Assembly: GCF_006345805.1 (NCBI RefSeq)
Contig: NC_042997.1
Coordinates: 75,702,001 to 75,766,000 of the forward strand
Reading direction: 5' to 3'
DNA: 64,000 nucleotides
From: Octopus sinensis
Taxonomy: Eukaryota
In this document: one piece after another, positions 11,091 through 24,253 of the stretch
Layout: each line of letters begins with the position of its first letter
Position numbering within the stretch: position 1 is the first letter of the stretch
The notes under the pieces: generated by a model
Database searches by the model: none
Told to the model about the DNA's origin: nothing
Seen by the model: the letters and a program-made list of their open reading frames with translations, nothing else
Translations under genes and position numbers: made by a program

Positions 11091-11189
11091 AACCTCATAT
11101 CAAGATAAACAGTGTGACCCTGCAAGTGGGGCTTAGTTAGAATTTTCCTCTAGTTGAGTAGTCGACCCCACTACTAATCATCATCATTA

Positions 11190-12450
11190 TTCGACATTTG
11201 AATTTCTACTGCATCACCTGCTACACTTTCAGTTTGCTGAGGTGTGTGCAGTAATGTGTGTTCTTGTTTTTGTCGATGTTGGGGGAGTACAGACTCTTCC
11301 CAGTACTGTATTGTATCAGTTTGTTCTGTTATGAGATTTGATTGTTGTCTTTTCTTGTATTGGTGTTTGTATTGTTTGTTGTGTGTGTAATGTGCTTTGT
11401 GTTCTTCTGTTGTGTATCTAACCTGTAGAGTATATGTTGTGGGAGTTGTTTATTTTATTGAATATTTACTTTATAGAGTGTGTTTTATATTTGTGGATTA
11501 TTTTATTGTGTTGGCTGATCCTAGCAGCACATTTTTTGGAGAGTATGTAGTGTTTTGAGTCCAGGTATAGCTTCTATGTTTTTGTTCATACATTTTTTTC
11601 ATCATATCCTATACTCAAATTATTACTGGTATTGTTTTTACCTTCATAACCCTCATCTTGTATATTTCAATTTCAAGATCTCTATACATTTCTCAACTTC
11701 TGTTTGGGGCAATATTTTGGTTGGAAGAGACTGCAATATCTATCAGAAAGCAGATGTTTCTTTGTCAGTTTCAAATGGTATATCTCAGTCTTTAATGTAC
11801 AAATGAGGAACCCAATGGTTATTGTCATGTACTTTGTTTGTCACATGTTTGTTGGCATGTTGTCCAGTGGATATAACTACTATATATTCACATTTGGTTA
11901 GGACTGGACAACTGTGGTCAACTGTCACATTGTGTTGGTAGTAAATCTGCATTTGGTGTTCGGGCCTGTTTTCATTATTTTGCTTTTATAGTTGTTTGTT
12001 GTCTGACATTGGTCTTGTGCAGTAAGAATCAGTCCTTCCATTTCTGCTTTTAGTCCAGAGCTTTTGGACCATTGCTGGCTTTCACATCTGTCAAGCCTTG
12101 CAAGATATAGGCCATGGAGAGATTTTTATTTCCATTTCTTCTTTAGTATGTTTTGTAGTTCTGTTTTTCTGGGTTTTTTTTGTCTCTTTGATAATTTCTG
12201 TCATGTTGTCATATTTCTGTTTTTATTTTATTACCTTGCTGTGTATAGAGAAATATGTTTTCTGTTTTTCGTGTTGCTTTATTATATATAGTAGTTGTCC
12301 ACATTTTGTTACTCAGTATTTTCTAGTTCAACTGTTGTTATTTTATAGCAGTTCTCTATTTGTGTCAGACTGCAACCGCCTCCTGAGTGGAGTAGATATA
12401 TCATGTCTATGTCTGCTTTGGTATGATATGACTTCAGTATGTTGTTAATA
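11190..12450 (-). mobile_element. R4/Dong-type LINE 3' part (RT thumb, restriction-like endonuclease region, 3' UTR), decayed
   Basis: Minus-strand translation gives KADIDMIYLLHSGGG.SL.QIE (HPK..VDRLY..R..GGRGL-like) and IDIAVSSNQN...YRDLEIEI...VKTIPVII (RLE C-terminus-like), with many stops. Confidence 0.65.
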
Positions 12451-12551
12451 GTTTCCTGGTTCTTTTACCTCAGTTTCTTAATTCACTGAGCTTCCAGTTT
12501 ATTATGTTGAATCTGCAATTTATGACTGGTATGGCTACCATGTTTATTATT

Positions 12552-12557
12552 AGTAGC

Positions 12558-12641
<84 letters not shown>
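12552..12641. repeat. (AGC)n(AGT)n compound trinucleotide repeat
   Basis: Directly visible. Confidence 0.95.
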
Positions 12642-12642
<1 letters not shown>

Positions 12643-12795
12643 AGGCAGTATCATTAGCATGTCAAGCAAAATGCTTAGCAGTATTTCATCTATCTTTAAA
12701 TTCTGAGTTCAAAATTCCACCAAGGCTTTCATCCTTAAATACCAGTTGAGTACTGAAGTTGATGTAATTGACTTCCCCATTCTCTCAAAATTCCT
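12642..12795 (+). mobile_element. Decayed tRNA-derived SINE (second family)
   Basis: aaatgcttagcagtatttc...ttctgagttcaaaattccac...tttcatcct...taccagttgagtactg pattern with a B-box-like gagttcaaa. Confidence 0.55.
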
Positions 12796-14482
12796 GGCAT
12801 TGTACCAAAATTAGCAATAAATTGAAAGAGCACTTTTCCTTTCAAGAACCATCGCACATCTGTATGAAGCAGTAAACACTTAAAATCAGAATTCATAGTT
12901 TCACATAGGGATGCAAAACATCTGCACCATAGAGAATGTGACTTTAACAACATTGTCCGTCATCTTCAAGAGACTATCAGGAAGAAACTTTGTCACCAAA
13001 ACTTCACAGTGAATCATGCAATGTACAATTTTAACTTGTGAATTTTTTTGCCCTACATGTGCCACTAAAGCCTTTTTTTCGACCCTGCATGGATGGAGTG
13101 CCATCAGTACAAATGCTAATACAAGTCTGCCACTGCATCCCTCTCAATATGCATTTTGGTTTACCAGGTTAAAGACATCTCCTGTCATTCTTTCTTTCAA
13201 TTCACAGCAAAAGAAAAACTGATGATTTTACCATCTCTGATGATTCGCAGAAATGAAATTAGTTGAGCTTTGTTGCTGATGTCTGTACTTTCATTGATTT
13301 GTAGGGCCCACAAGTTTTCGAGTTCATTTTTTGCTTCAGTGAAATGTTTGTGGAGCTGATCATCAATGTCTTGCGAAATGTCTTGAATTTTACAAGAAAT
13401 CATGTGGGTAGACAAAGGAATGGTCTTAATTTGTTTGACAGCTTCATCACCAATCATGTGCCAACAGCAATTTCCAAGGCTGGTAAAATAATGTTTTCAG
13501 CATCAGAATGTGGTTGTTTTCCTTCTTTACCAAAAGCTGGACAATTTTGTAACTAGCAATTTGAGCTTTCTCAGGAATTGAGTGAAATTTCTTCAGCCTT
13601 TTTGATTGAATTTTAAAATTATTTTTTAGCATCGCAATGTATTCTTTTGGTTTGTCCTTATGTTGTGGATGATTTGATTGTTGTTAAATAAATCATACAA
13701 AAAGGAACCAAGTTGTCCTTTACCGATAATATAAAACCATGTTGGATGTAATTTTCATTATATTTTCATTTTAATGCAGTGGACTTTTTATTTTGGTGTT
13801 CATCTTGTTTGCTATGACTCTCTTTCTCATTTTTCTGAGGTCTCAAAAAGATTAATCCATATTTAAATCTAAAACTAAAAATCGATTAAAATTAACATAG
13901 GCATTGGAGTGGCAGTGTAGTAAGTAGCTTGTATACCAACCACATAGTTCCAGGTCCAGTCCCACTGCGTGGCACTTTGGTCAAGTGTCTTCTGTTATAG
14001 CCTCAGGCTGATCAAAAGCCTTTTGAATGGATTTGGTAGAACGGAAACTGAAAGAAGCCCGTCGTATATATTTATATATGTTTGTGTGTCTGTGTTAGTC
14101 TCCGTAACTTAGTGGTTCGGCAAAAGAGACCGATAGAATAAGTACACGACTAAAAGGTGGTGCTCCAGCATGACCGCAGTCAAATGACTAAAACAAATAA
14201 AAGAATATAATAATTTATGTAAATTATAAATAAATCAAAAATTAAAAACTACTAGGACTACTAAACAATTTACTTACTGACAATCCTGGTTTAAATGCAG
14301 AAATGTAATATATTATAGCAAAACTGCTGTTTGTAATGTAATGTAATTAATTTATATTTACCATATTTTATGATTTATATAATTAATTTATATTTCCACT
14401 TGGACTTTGCGAATGTTCTTGGATTGTTGTTTCCTGAAAATCTCGAAAATATTTTTCGCAGCACACAGTTTGACAGACACTG
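12790..14482 (-). mobile_element. hAT/Buster-type DNA transposon remnant (ZBED5/ZBED8-like transposase)
   Basis: Fragments IKTIPLS, ALQINESTDIS, HCMIHCEVL, LLLHTDVRWFLKGKVL; minus-strand start cagtgtctgtcaaactg at 14482 resembles Buster TIRs; SINE inserted at 13900. Confidence 0.85.
13900..14205 (+). mobile_element. Full-length tRNA-derived SINE
   Basis: Head ggcattggagtggcagtgtagtaag...caggtccagtcccactgcg, central TA/TG tract, tail aaaaggtggtgctccagcatgaccgcagtcaaatgactaaaacaaataaaag. Confidence 0.85.
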
Positions 14483-14499
14483 CCTTAAAGTGTAATTAT

Positions 14500-14930
14500 C
14501 TTTGAGTATGTCTCCAATGAGGGGGATGTCATGCTGCCCCATGTCTTTGAACAGGTCTTTAGGCTCAAGTCAGATGGCTATGCGAAACTAACTGCTCTAT
14601 GGTAGAGAGGATTGCAGCTGGAAGACCATATTTGTGGCAGCCGGATTCAGTTTCATTCCAGAAAGAGTGGTTGTCAAAGAATTCACCATCTCCAGTTTCT
14701 GGCCTCCCAATTCTCCCATAACTCTTCCCATGAATTACTATATGTAAGACAGTTGAAAAAGACACCAACCATTTTACCTGAAACACAAATGCTAAACTGG
14801 TGACCAAGATCAAGCAGGTGTGCAAAGACCTTCCCAGTGACACATTCAGGAATGCATGTGCCAAGTTCATGAGCTATCTTGAGGCCATGGTGGAAGCTGT
14901 GGGTAGTTATTGTCCAGATAAAATCTAGTT
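14500..14930 (+). mobile_element. Tc1/mariner superfamily (maT/DD37D-like) transposase C-terminal remnant
   Basis: Translation gives ERIAAGRPYLWQPDS and FWPPNSP...PMNYY. Confidence 0.7.
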
Positions 14931-15959
14931 TATATTTTTTTGATTTTTGAAAAAATACTTTTATTTTTGGATGGAATATTGTGTTTTGTTTTCCTTTTAT
15001 GCAGAATGTCAAGTTTAACCCAAACACTCTGTATTATTCATGTGTGCTGACAAAATCATTAACTCACCAGACAAAATGCTTAGCAGCATTTCATCATCTT
15101 TCATTTGCATTGTGACTGATATTTTTAAGGGCTTATGTTCCAGTGTATATACATATATGTGTGTGATTTAAACGTAATTATAATTATGTTTTAATCCCTT
15201 TAAGAAATTATAATCTCAACAGTAGAATAATCTGTTCATAGTTGTGTTGTTAATGTCTTTATAGCACTTATTATACCCAGTTCAACTAGCTGTAGGATGT
15301 TACTTAGAATAGCCTGACATCTTACTGAAAGAAGCTTCCACTTCAACTTATTTCAGTAATACTGCAAAGTCTGATGTTAGATACTGATTTTATGTAAGGG
15401 TTTCATAATTAACTATAGCTTTGAATCTTAGCAACTAAAATACATATGTAAATACAGGTATATCAAATACCATGATTTATTAAAATTATCTCTACTTCTA
15501 GATGGTATGTCATAAATACCAAATGGCAATTTAGATTAGTTTCATACTAAGCCTTGTAAAAGTCCTGTTACATTCATTATGACACTTTCAACAAAGGATG
15601 CAGTGATGGTTTTGATGCAGTTAGACATGTTTTTATTGTTTTAACATATAAATATAGTAATGCCTCTATATACAAGTTAATTTGTTCCTGGAGAGTCAAG
15701 AGTTGTTTGTTTTGAAAAAGCTTTTTATCACCATAAATTTCTCAGTAACACACAGAAGCATTTGTTATGGTAGTAGAAACGTTTGCACTTCTTTCAAAAT
15801 TTGAACCTTGTGCTTGAAATTTCAGCTCACCATACAAAAGTGAGCTGAAAAATAAAGCTCATAAACTTGGGGTCTCAAAGTGGGTCCTTGTAAAGAGAGA
15901 TATTACTGTATGTGTTTAAATATTAACATTAATCAGGAGATCTGAAGGCCATGCACATG

Positions 15960-16960
15960 TTGCAAACAAAGTCCTTACTCATGCTGGCCCACATGTGATC
16001 GACATTGCTGTAGTGAACCTTGCAAGCCTTGCCCTCGACATGCATCCAGACACTGTAGTTGAAGCGGCTGAGGTCAGGTGACTGCAGCAGTCAAAAGTCC
16101 TTTGACCAGAAGTTCATGTTCAACCCCAACCACTCTTGCATGGCCTTGGCCATGTGGGCTGGGGCACCATCCAGTTGAAAAACACAGTCCACCTTCTTCG
16201 TGATCTTTCTTACCCAGGACAGGACTTTCGTGGCCAAAATGTCCCTGTAGTTAGCTACAGTGAGCCTGTAACCAGCCACAAACCACACTGACAGCATCTT
16301 CTTGACATTTGAAGCCACAACCATGAGCATCATCATGGAGGCTGGATGCTTGGTCGTTGTCATGTAGTAGACCTCAGAAATGTCCTGGTCAAAGCTGACC
16401 ATACGGTCATTCTACTTATTGATGGCCAGATCGACTGTGAAGGTTTTTTTTTATCAGAAAAAATGACAATTCAATTGCCATGACACTTCAAGTTGTTGAA
16501 AAGACAACAACAGTACTCCCGACATTATTCTCACATATGGTTGGTGAGCAGAGGCCTTTCTACACACCTCAAGCGCTTGCAGCCCTCATCTTTGACAATC
16601 CTGGACACTGTGGCCACCAAGATGTTGTTCTTCATGGGTACGATCATTTTGAACTTTGGATCATTTTTGAAGGCCTTTCTCACAGCCAAACAGTTGACCA
16701 CTTGAGGTCTGTCGCATTGTGGTCAATCTTTGAGGTCTTTCCTATTCTTGGGCCTCTCCGCAACTCTGTGGACAGTCAACCAGCCACTTGGTGAAGTTGG
16801 ACTTTTGCCCATGCACAGATGAGCAGAGATCTTGATTCTTTTCGCTTCCATCTTGATATACCTGCACACAATGGAAAAGATATTTTAATGACACGTGCTG
16901 GAAAAGTGGAACTTTAAGTATGTTTGACAGCACTTTTTCTATCACACACATTAATTTCTT
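15960..16960 (-). mobile_element. Tc1/mariner superfamily (maT/DD37D-like) transposase remnant
   Basis: ORF 16091-16402 (TKHPASMMML.VVAS, FQLDGAPAH...WLGLNMNFWSKDF) followed by a QSPDLSRFNYSVW-like motif. Confidence 0.8.
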
Positions 16961-17321
16961 GAAAGATCAAAACCAAGTATAGCAGGGCTTCTACAAAGCC
17001 TGGAGAAATGGAAATAATTTCAAGAATCAAGAATTCACCAAAGTTGACATGTCATTAAGGAAAAGGACAGGCTTATTGTCTGAAGATAAGAGGGCTCTTA
17101 TAAGATGCTGCTCTGGGACATATTGTCATTGGAGTATTGCTAACTGTACTGAAACCAAATCATGTACTTAATGTGAATCTGAAACAATGAGACATTAAAA
17201 GGATTTTTTTTTTTAATTCTGTTCTTAATTCTATCGTCTTCTTTTATCTTTAATAAAACATAGTTTCAGCAATAGAATGAACATTTATGTGATTATATGT
17301 GTTGTTTTATCTTTTCATCAG

Positions 17322-17470
17322 AATTTCTAATCCCTTTTCAAAGAAACACAAACCTGACAATCCAAAACACAAGTTGGTTGAAAGTGACATTGTAAAAGAC
17401 ATTAAAGATGACCCAAAAGTATATGATAAGAAAAACAGTGAATCATCTACAGGATTTCATGAAATTACAG
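17322..17470 (+). CDS. CARMIL: Host gene exon (first visible); ISNPFSKKHKPDNPKHKL...HEIT
   Basis: Acceptor ttttcatcAG at 17320-21, donor GTttgt at 17471, open frame, ends phase 1 matching the next exon. Gene identity is tentative and rests on motifs in other exons. Confidence 0.75.
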
Positions 17471-18618
17471 GTTTGTTGTAGAATATTATTATATCTTGCT
17501 CTGTTTGTTCTTGTTAATGTTGTTTATCTTTTAAGCATCTCTTAACCACACAATTCAAATAAATACTTTTTGAAGTTTCTCAATGTGCTATGATGCCATC
17601 TGCCTTGAGTTCACATTGCATATACTGACATATTTATGAGTATTAAGATTTATCCTGAATGTTTGTAGATAAGCTAAAAGCTAACAGAATTTTAAATTAC
17701 TGGCAGTTTCTCTTGATAACAGCTTTCAGTTGGTATAATGCAACATTTTGGGATGATAACAGAAAAAAAATCATTAATAATTGCGATGCAGGACCAGCAT
17801 CACTATAAAAACATTCTCCAAAGGAAAATGGAGCAAGCATATAAGTATAAGATGTACCTACAAAGCGTTTATTGCTGTGTGAGCAGTCCTAGCCAAGGAA
17901 CACACTATATATATTTTTCTACTACAAATAACAGACAATTTTTTATCAAGTATTATTTTAGAAAAAGGTAAAATAATTAAATACTTCCATCCTAGATGTA
18001 CTACATCAGAAAAAAAAATGGACTGCTAGGATTACTTTAATCATAGCTCAATCAGGGTTAACTTGAGTAGCAGGAGAACCCCATTTGGAAATCATGTATG
18101 ATAAAATTTAAGCACTTCAAAAATATGAGCACAAATCTGAGAAAGTTATAAAGTAAAAATGTGACAATGCCGTAGCTAAAATGTCTGATCTTACTGATAG
18201 GGAGACATTGGCCATATGATCAAGAAACATATGACTGAGAGAGTCTAATGACACACACACATACAAACAGGATACATATAATACACACATACAAACAGGA
18301 TACATATAATAACAAAAATCTTAGCAGTGCATTACATTCATGTGGTGAACTAAACTTTCAACTAATCATGCCATTATCTTATGTGCTAAGATACAGTTTG
18401 AAAATAATTGAAACAAATGCAGAGAGAAAGGGAGAGAGGAGATGAAAGAATGTGATAATTAAAGACAGCACTGTCACAAACTTTTCTATGTATTCATATA
18501 CTCTTCTTACATGCCCCCCCCCCAGTTCTGTATCACTTTCATCTTCCCAATTTTCTATTTTTTACTTTTTCTCTTGCATGTTTATCTCTAATCTTACTCA
18601 GTCTCTCACTACTTAGAA

Positions 18619-18655
<37 letters not shown>

Positions 18656-19165
18656 ATCTATTTGTCATTCATTTTCTCTCCCATTTTGATTCCAAGCTAG
18701 CTTTATCTCTTTCTCTTTTCATTCCTAGTCCCTAGTGTTTCAGTATAAACATCACCACCACCATTTATTACTATCATCTCTTTATTTTCTCCTTTTTCTT
18801 TGATATTCTGTTACTCTTTTTTTCTTTTCTACCATGTTTTCTTTCTCTATCTCTTCACTGATTCCACTATCTCCACCTTCCTCTTTTTCTTCTTGTCACT
18901 CACACCCTAACTATTTTCTCTAACTTTTACTCTTCTTTGTAGTATACTTTTCTCTCTCTCTATCTGTCAACAACACTGCCACCACTACCATAGCTACTAA
19001 CTGTTACTTACTTTAAATGAGTTTCCATATGCTAATTACACAAAAGGTAATTAGCATATAGATTGCAAAACTTACTATTTTTTGAAACTTTAATTTAATA
19101 AAGTAAAAATCCATCTATCGATAATCTGATTAAAATTTTTTACTGACTTTTCTTTTGTTTTACAG

Positions 19166-19296
19166 AGACAACAGAAACACCTCATGAAACTTGTGAAAAA
19201 CTCAAACGGAGTCCTGTTGTGCGAAAAATAAATGTAAATATGTTGGCTGAAATGAAGAAAAAGCAAGATATGCACTCATCTCAAAAAGATTTGACT
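19166..19296 (+). CDS. CARMIL: Host gene exon; ETTETPHETCEKLKRSPVVRKINVNMLAEMKKKQDMHSSQKDLT
   Basis: ttttgttttacAG / GTaagt, phase 1 to 0; LAEMKKKQ resembles the LAEMKAKQ motif I recall from CARMIL C-terminal tails. Confidence 0.85.
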
Positions 19297-19469
19297 GTAA
19301 GTTGTTATGAAGTTTTTGTTGATAAGAAGCTCAGTCAATTATGGTAAAAAAAGATAAGTTAGCTATAGATGCCTCCCCAGGATAGGATCAATGATTTTCA
19401 GTCAGAATAAGAATTACAGTATTAGGAACACCCTTCAAAAATCTCATCATTGTAGATCCTCCAATAACT

Positions 19470-19810
19470 GCTCTGAAACGATATGTGTCTGGAAAACGAA
19501 CTGATGTACAAAGCCAGCATCACAGAACAACAAAAACTTATGTTGGAATTATGCAAAACACCTCAAGAGAGATATACGTAGCATTTGGTTTCATTCAGAG
19601 ATAAGAATAAAGGACACACATCTTTATCTAATATGATATGGGCTCTTAAAGACTGGAGCTGTATCAATGGACAGGGCAGCAAATGCAATCTCTATATCAC
19701 AGAAAAATTAAATAAAACATCAGCAGTGAATATTTTAAGTATTAGAGAAGAAAATGTCTTTCCTTGCATGCACAAGCAATCATTCATTCTTCAAAATTTC
19801 AACTATGACC
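19470..19810 (+). mobile_element. Penelope-like element GIY-YIG endonuclease remnant
   Basis: CLENELMYKASI, TYVGI, SFRDKNKGHTSLSNMIWALKD, KCNL..TEKL, R.E....C.H: the PLE endonuclease C-terminal pattern, frameshifted. Confidence 0.8.
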
Positions 19811-20019
19811 CTTTACACACTATGCCACTTATCTAACCTGGGTCACTTTTTTATATCAGTTGTATGCACATTATGCATTACAAACATATATCCCCATGAA
19901 CTCATCTACATTTTCTAACTTACACAGATACATGTGCATAGCACATATTCATGACATCACATAGTTCACATATATGAATATGAACTTATAAAATACATGT
20001 ATAAAAATGCAACCATGGT

Positions 20020-21330
20020 CAAACATCCTCAACAAAGTCTGTCTACAATACATGATTTTACATTGCTCCTGGCAACTGCTCCTTACTAAGATTTGTATTA
20101 TCTGATAGTTGATCAATGAATGTTTGAGCAGGTCTCCTTCTGCTACTCCTATGAATTTGATTCCGACTACAGTAACTTGTGTATAACTTCTTGCTTACTT
20201 CTCCAGCTATGTCCTGCAAATCATAATGATCTTTGAGCAATTGCAGTTGGCAAGTTTCCATATAAACTTTCATTTGTAATATGTTCTAGTTTGTTTTGTA
20301 CAACCCTAAGCATTTTAGTGTATGCACCATCTAGTTTCTTCTCAAGTGCTTATGGCAGGATCTGTTCACACAACAGCACTGACTCAACAAGTGTTTTGAG
20401 AATGATATCTTGATTTTTCTGGGTAGATCTGACTTCCATATCTTTTCCATTTTGTTCACTGCAACAATCAATATTCTTTTTTGATGTACTTATTCACCTG
20501 CCCAAATATAGAAAATCATCAACTCAGTTTAGTATTCCACCATCCAGTAGGACAAGATTTCTATCTTCTTGGTTTAGTAGCATGTATGCTGTCTTGGTAA
20601 CATTTATGCATTGACCATTTTTCCTGACAGAGCACTTGACTTTATGAAGAAGTTCTTGAACTTGATCAGTGGTGTTTCATAAAAGAGCTATGTCATCAGC
20701 AGCATCTGTATCACATATAACAGTTGGTGGGTTTTGCTTGCTTCTCCTTTGTGTCACTGTAAAATCGAGATCTTGTTCATTAACAGTGGCTTCCCTTGTG
20801 GCATAGTCCAGAGTGATTATGAAAAGATAGGATGCCAGTGTATCACATTGAAAGACACTTGCCAGGATTTTAAAAGACTTTGTATCACCATCAGGAGATG
20901 GTATGCAGGTATTTTATGAATACCTCACAGAGTGACAGCTGTGCTCTACATAATTATGGGTCATCTTTTAGCAAGGCATAGTACCTGTTCATCATCCCTG
21001 CCAGGGAAACGATGAAAGGGAGTCAACTTTCATAAATCCATTTATTTCCTGTAGTTCAATCTGGTAGACAATGACAAACTGTTGTATTAGCAGGAGGACA
21101 TTGTGGCTACGCAGATGATCATCTGTTTTGACAACAGACAGGTGCATTAACTCTGGTTAGCAGAGAACGACAGGTTTACATGAGTTGCACTCCCTGTTCA
21201 AATTAGCAGCTGGAAAACAAACCATGTCAAAACAACCACACAATTCATCATACTGAATCACTCATCACATGTGTCAATAAGGAGCATGTCCACTGGTGGA
21301 AAACCAAGTCAGGTGCCCTAAAATTGGTTA
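20020..21330 (-). mobile_element. RTEX-like LINE remnant
   Basis: GVFQCDTLASYLFIITLDY (GVLQGDTLAP.LF-like), ADDIALL, RRRPAQTFIDQL..NT.L. Confidence 0.7.
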
Positions 21331-21599
21331 CTGGGTCCCTACTGAAATGCAACAAATTTATAAATATAACTTCTTTCAACAATAGGACCCTAAATAACAC
21401 TAGAATAAATGAAGTTACAGTACTCTGTGAACAATACATGTAGATAAAATTATAACATTTTTTATGAACTTACAAATCCATGAACCAAGTCTGGTATCAA
21501 AAACTGTGAAATGTTTTAAATGGTAATATGCACATGCTCAAGCATGAGTGTTCTCACATGAAATATATAAGGAATTAATTAGTCTAAAGCGAATACAAT

Positions 21600-21850
21600 T
21601 TCTTGTAAATATCCAGAGCTAATGCAAGGGAAATAACAATTTAAATTCTTATGGGTTATTGTCCAAAAATAAAGATGAAGTGAAAGAAAAACAAACAGTG
21701 TGTTAGGTTGATGCTCAGGAAAAATGGAAGAAGTTTTTAACATTTTGGGTCTACACTCTTCTACAGAAAAGAAAGATTAGGAGAGAAAATGGAGAGAAGA
21801 AAAATGTGCCTGAGTTAAAACAGTCAAACCATGCTGAAATAGTTGGCTTG
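21600..21850 (-). mobile_element. Decayed copy of the 1042-1262 repeat with eroded hammerhead
   Basis: Reverse complement of 21734-21771: tttt-CTGTAGA-agagtgtagacc-CAAAATGTT-aaaa, aligned to the 1151-1187 motif but core positions are mutated. Confidence 0.45.
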
Positions 21851-22014
21851 AATTATGGGTTGCATGGGAGACAACAGTGATCTAGCAAATGTGTGTGTAT
21901 ATATGAAGCTAATATGTGTATGGGTGCATGCATGTGTGTGTGTATGAAGATGTGTGCATGTATATGTATGAGCATGGAAGCAGGTGTGTGTATGAGATAA
22001 TGTGTGTTTATGCC

Positions 22015-23630
22015 AAGTAGTCTAGATCCAAGATACACTGATCCTCCATCTCCACCACATTGACAGGAAGCATGAACTCTTGTCCTGCAACTTCAATCAG
22101 GATATTAACCAGCCCTCTCAGCTCAGTACAGTGTCTGATAACACCACACAACTGCTGTAATGACACTGGCAGGTCTCGATGCTATAACATGCGTCCCAAG
22201 GCTGAATCAGTCACAAGGGAACACTTCTGGCTGTTAATCCTTCCATCCATTTGTACACACTCAATCACAGGCATTTTATGTCATCTCAGAGATAGAATAT
22301 TTAGCTGGCTGTTGCCCCTTAACACCAGCCCCTCCTAGTTTTCCGACTTTCCTCTTTTGTTCTGCTTTTGTTCTCTCTTCAGGTTGTAACAATCTTGCCG
22401 CTTGTGTCCTGGTTTTCCACAGTGCCAACAACTTACACCAATTATCACTTATTTCTTCTCACAAGACCCACAACTATCCTTAAGCCTTCCTGCTTCACAG
22501 ATTTTCCCCCTTTTTGCATGGAATCCAGAACTGTAGCCCACCTAGAAATTCTGGTGCTAGACCTGACTTACAACTCAAATTCCAGAGCTCTAGCCAGTGC
22601 CTCTTGCATAGTACTTGGCTGTGCCTGCTTCACTTGCACTTTGAGATTCGCACTGTCCAGAGTGTTGATGAACTGCTCTTTCAGGAGAAGAGCCAAGAGG
22701 TCAAGGGTTGCTGTAAGATAGGCTTTATGCACTGTGCTCTCCAGGTCCTGGGCAAGCTGTTGCAAGGACTCCCCTCTATCTCTTACATGGGTATGAAAGC
22801 TTGACTTGTGCATTTCATGCTGGTACATAGTACCATATTTTCTCTGTAGTACTTCTACTAAGGCTGGATAACAACCCCTGTCCTCTACTGACAATTGGCT
22901 CAGCACCTCTAGTGCAGGACCTTTCAAACTAGTGGCAAGCTGAAATGCTCTTTGCCTCTCATCCCACTCATTCTAGTCAGCCAGCAACTCAAACTGGACT
23001 TGGTAGGCCTCCTAAGACACTTTGCCATTGAATTCCTGTGGTTTCTTCCTAATGGGGATTCCAATGTCACCTTGCACTTCACGGGATCTGGGTTTAAACA
23101 CCAGAGCATCATGATATGGTACAGTACCAACAACTACTTCTTGCTCAGCAGCCTTAGACTCAGTAGCACAAAGCTTTTCCACAGACTCCATCCTCTTGCC
23201 AAACTTGTCTATTTGTTGCTTGCACCATATAACCTCACCACTTACTTTGCATAACTCCTCCTTAAACTGTTGGTGATCCTCTTGCGACTGCTGTTGATCC
23301 TTCTCCATTCTTCCCATAAATGTTTCTAGCTGAACTTGAAGATGTGTGTGCCACGTTTTCTGCTCCTTTTGAGCTCATGTAAATTGTCATTTTCCTCCTT
23401 TAGCATTTTCACAATTGTAGCCAGAGATAACTCTTCCATCTTTGTCTGGTTCCTTGTATGTATTCCTTCCAGGTCCATAGTGAATAATCAGCTCACTGCA
23501 GCAATGAATATACCACTTCTCACATCAACTTTCATCATGTCACTAGTCGCACATCATCTTCCAGCACGAAGTCGCCACATGGGCAATAGTAGTCTTTATA
23601 CTTCACTCACACCATAAAAGTGTGACAAAA
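22015..23630 (-). mobile_element. Ty3/Gypsy LTR retrotransposon remnant (PBS, gag with CCHC knuckle, protease)
   Basis: Gag-like ORF 22568-22927; CWHCGKPGHKRQDC at ~22390-22431; protease-like GRINSQKCSLVTDS..QLCGV..CILDLDYL at 22015-22260; PBS-like tggtgtgagtgaagt at 23600-23614. Confidence 0.85.
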
Positions 23631-24253
23631 TCATACTGCCTATGCTTTAAACAGTCACGTGACCAGAAAGAATTACTTTTTTCCTTTGCTTGCAAAACCA
23701 GAGAGCGGTGTTCTAATTCATGTCGTACAAATGAGAAATTATCTGAATATAATTTTTTTCATTTGTAACAATATATATATATACATGCACACATACATTC
23801 TGACTTAAATTTATGCAAAAGATTTTGGCACTATTGTGTTCTTGTAATGAAATAATTATTTTATATACTTAGATACATTTCAAACAAATGCAGGGGGAAA
23901 TGGACACTGAGGGACTTAGAGAATGAGATAACTACAGATGCAGTGACATGAAAACATTGCTGTTTTGATATTCTTTCTTCTTCCCCATTATCTTCACTTT
24001 CACTCTGTTTCTTTTGCCTGTATCTCCCCCTATCTCTCTTTGTTGCTTCCTCCCCATCTCTCCCTCTGTTCCTTTTCATATTCAAGTTATTTTGCTTAAT
24101 ATACGCAGAAGGTAGTTATGTTTACACACACACACAGTATTTTTAATGTTTTGTACAATAAAGCCCATTATTATGGAAAATTTTGTGGATTTAATTATTT
24201 TGTTCTCCATATATGCAACACCTTTTTATGTGATTTTTGTTCTTTCATTCCAG

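Noticed and set aside
12504-12749. Poly-Ser ORF
   Set aside because: Translation of the (AGC)n(AGT)n repeat abutting a SINE; no splice support.
13900-13975. tRNA gene
   Set aside because: tRNA-derived SINE head; no complete cloverleaf and continuous with the SINE body.
17075-17195. CTGAAGA followed ~100 nt later by GAAACAATG
   Set aside because: No stem II closing pair next to either GAAA and only 3 bp of possible stem I; cannot be supported as a hammerhead.
17750-17945. Minus-strand IYS...DC...KRFVGTS reminiscent of a GIY-YIG motif
   Set aside because: Short, interrupted by stops, with no supporting downstream motifs.
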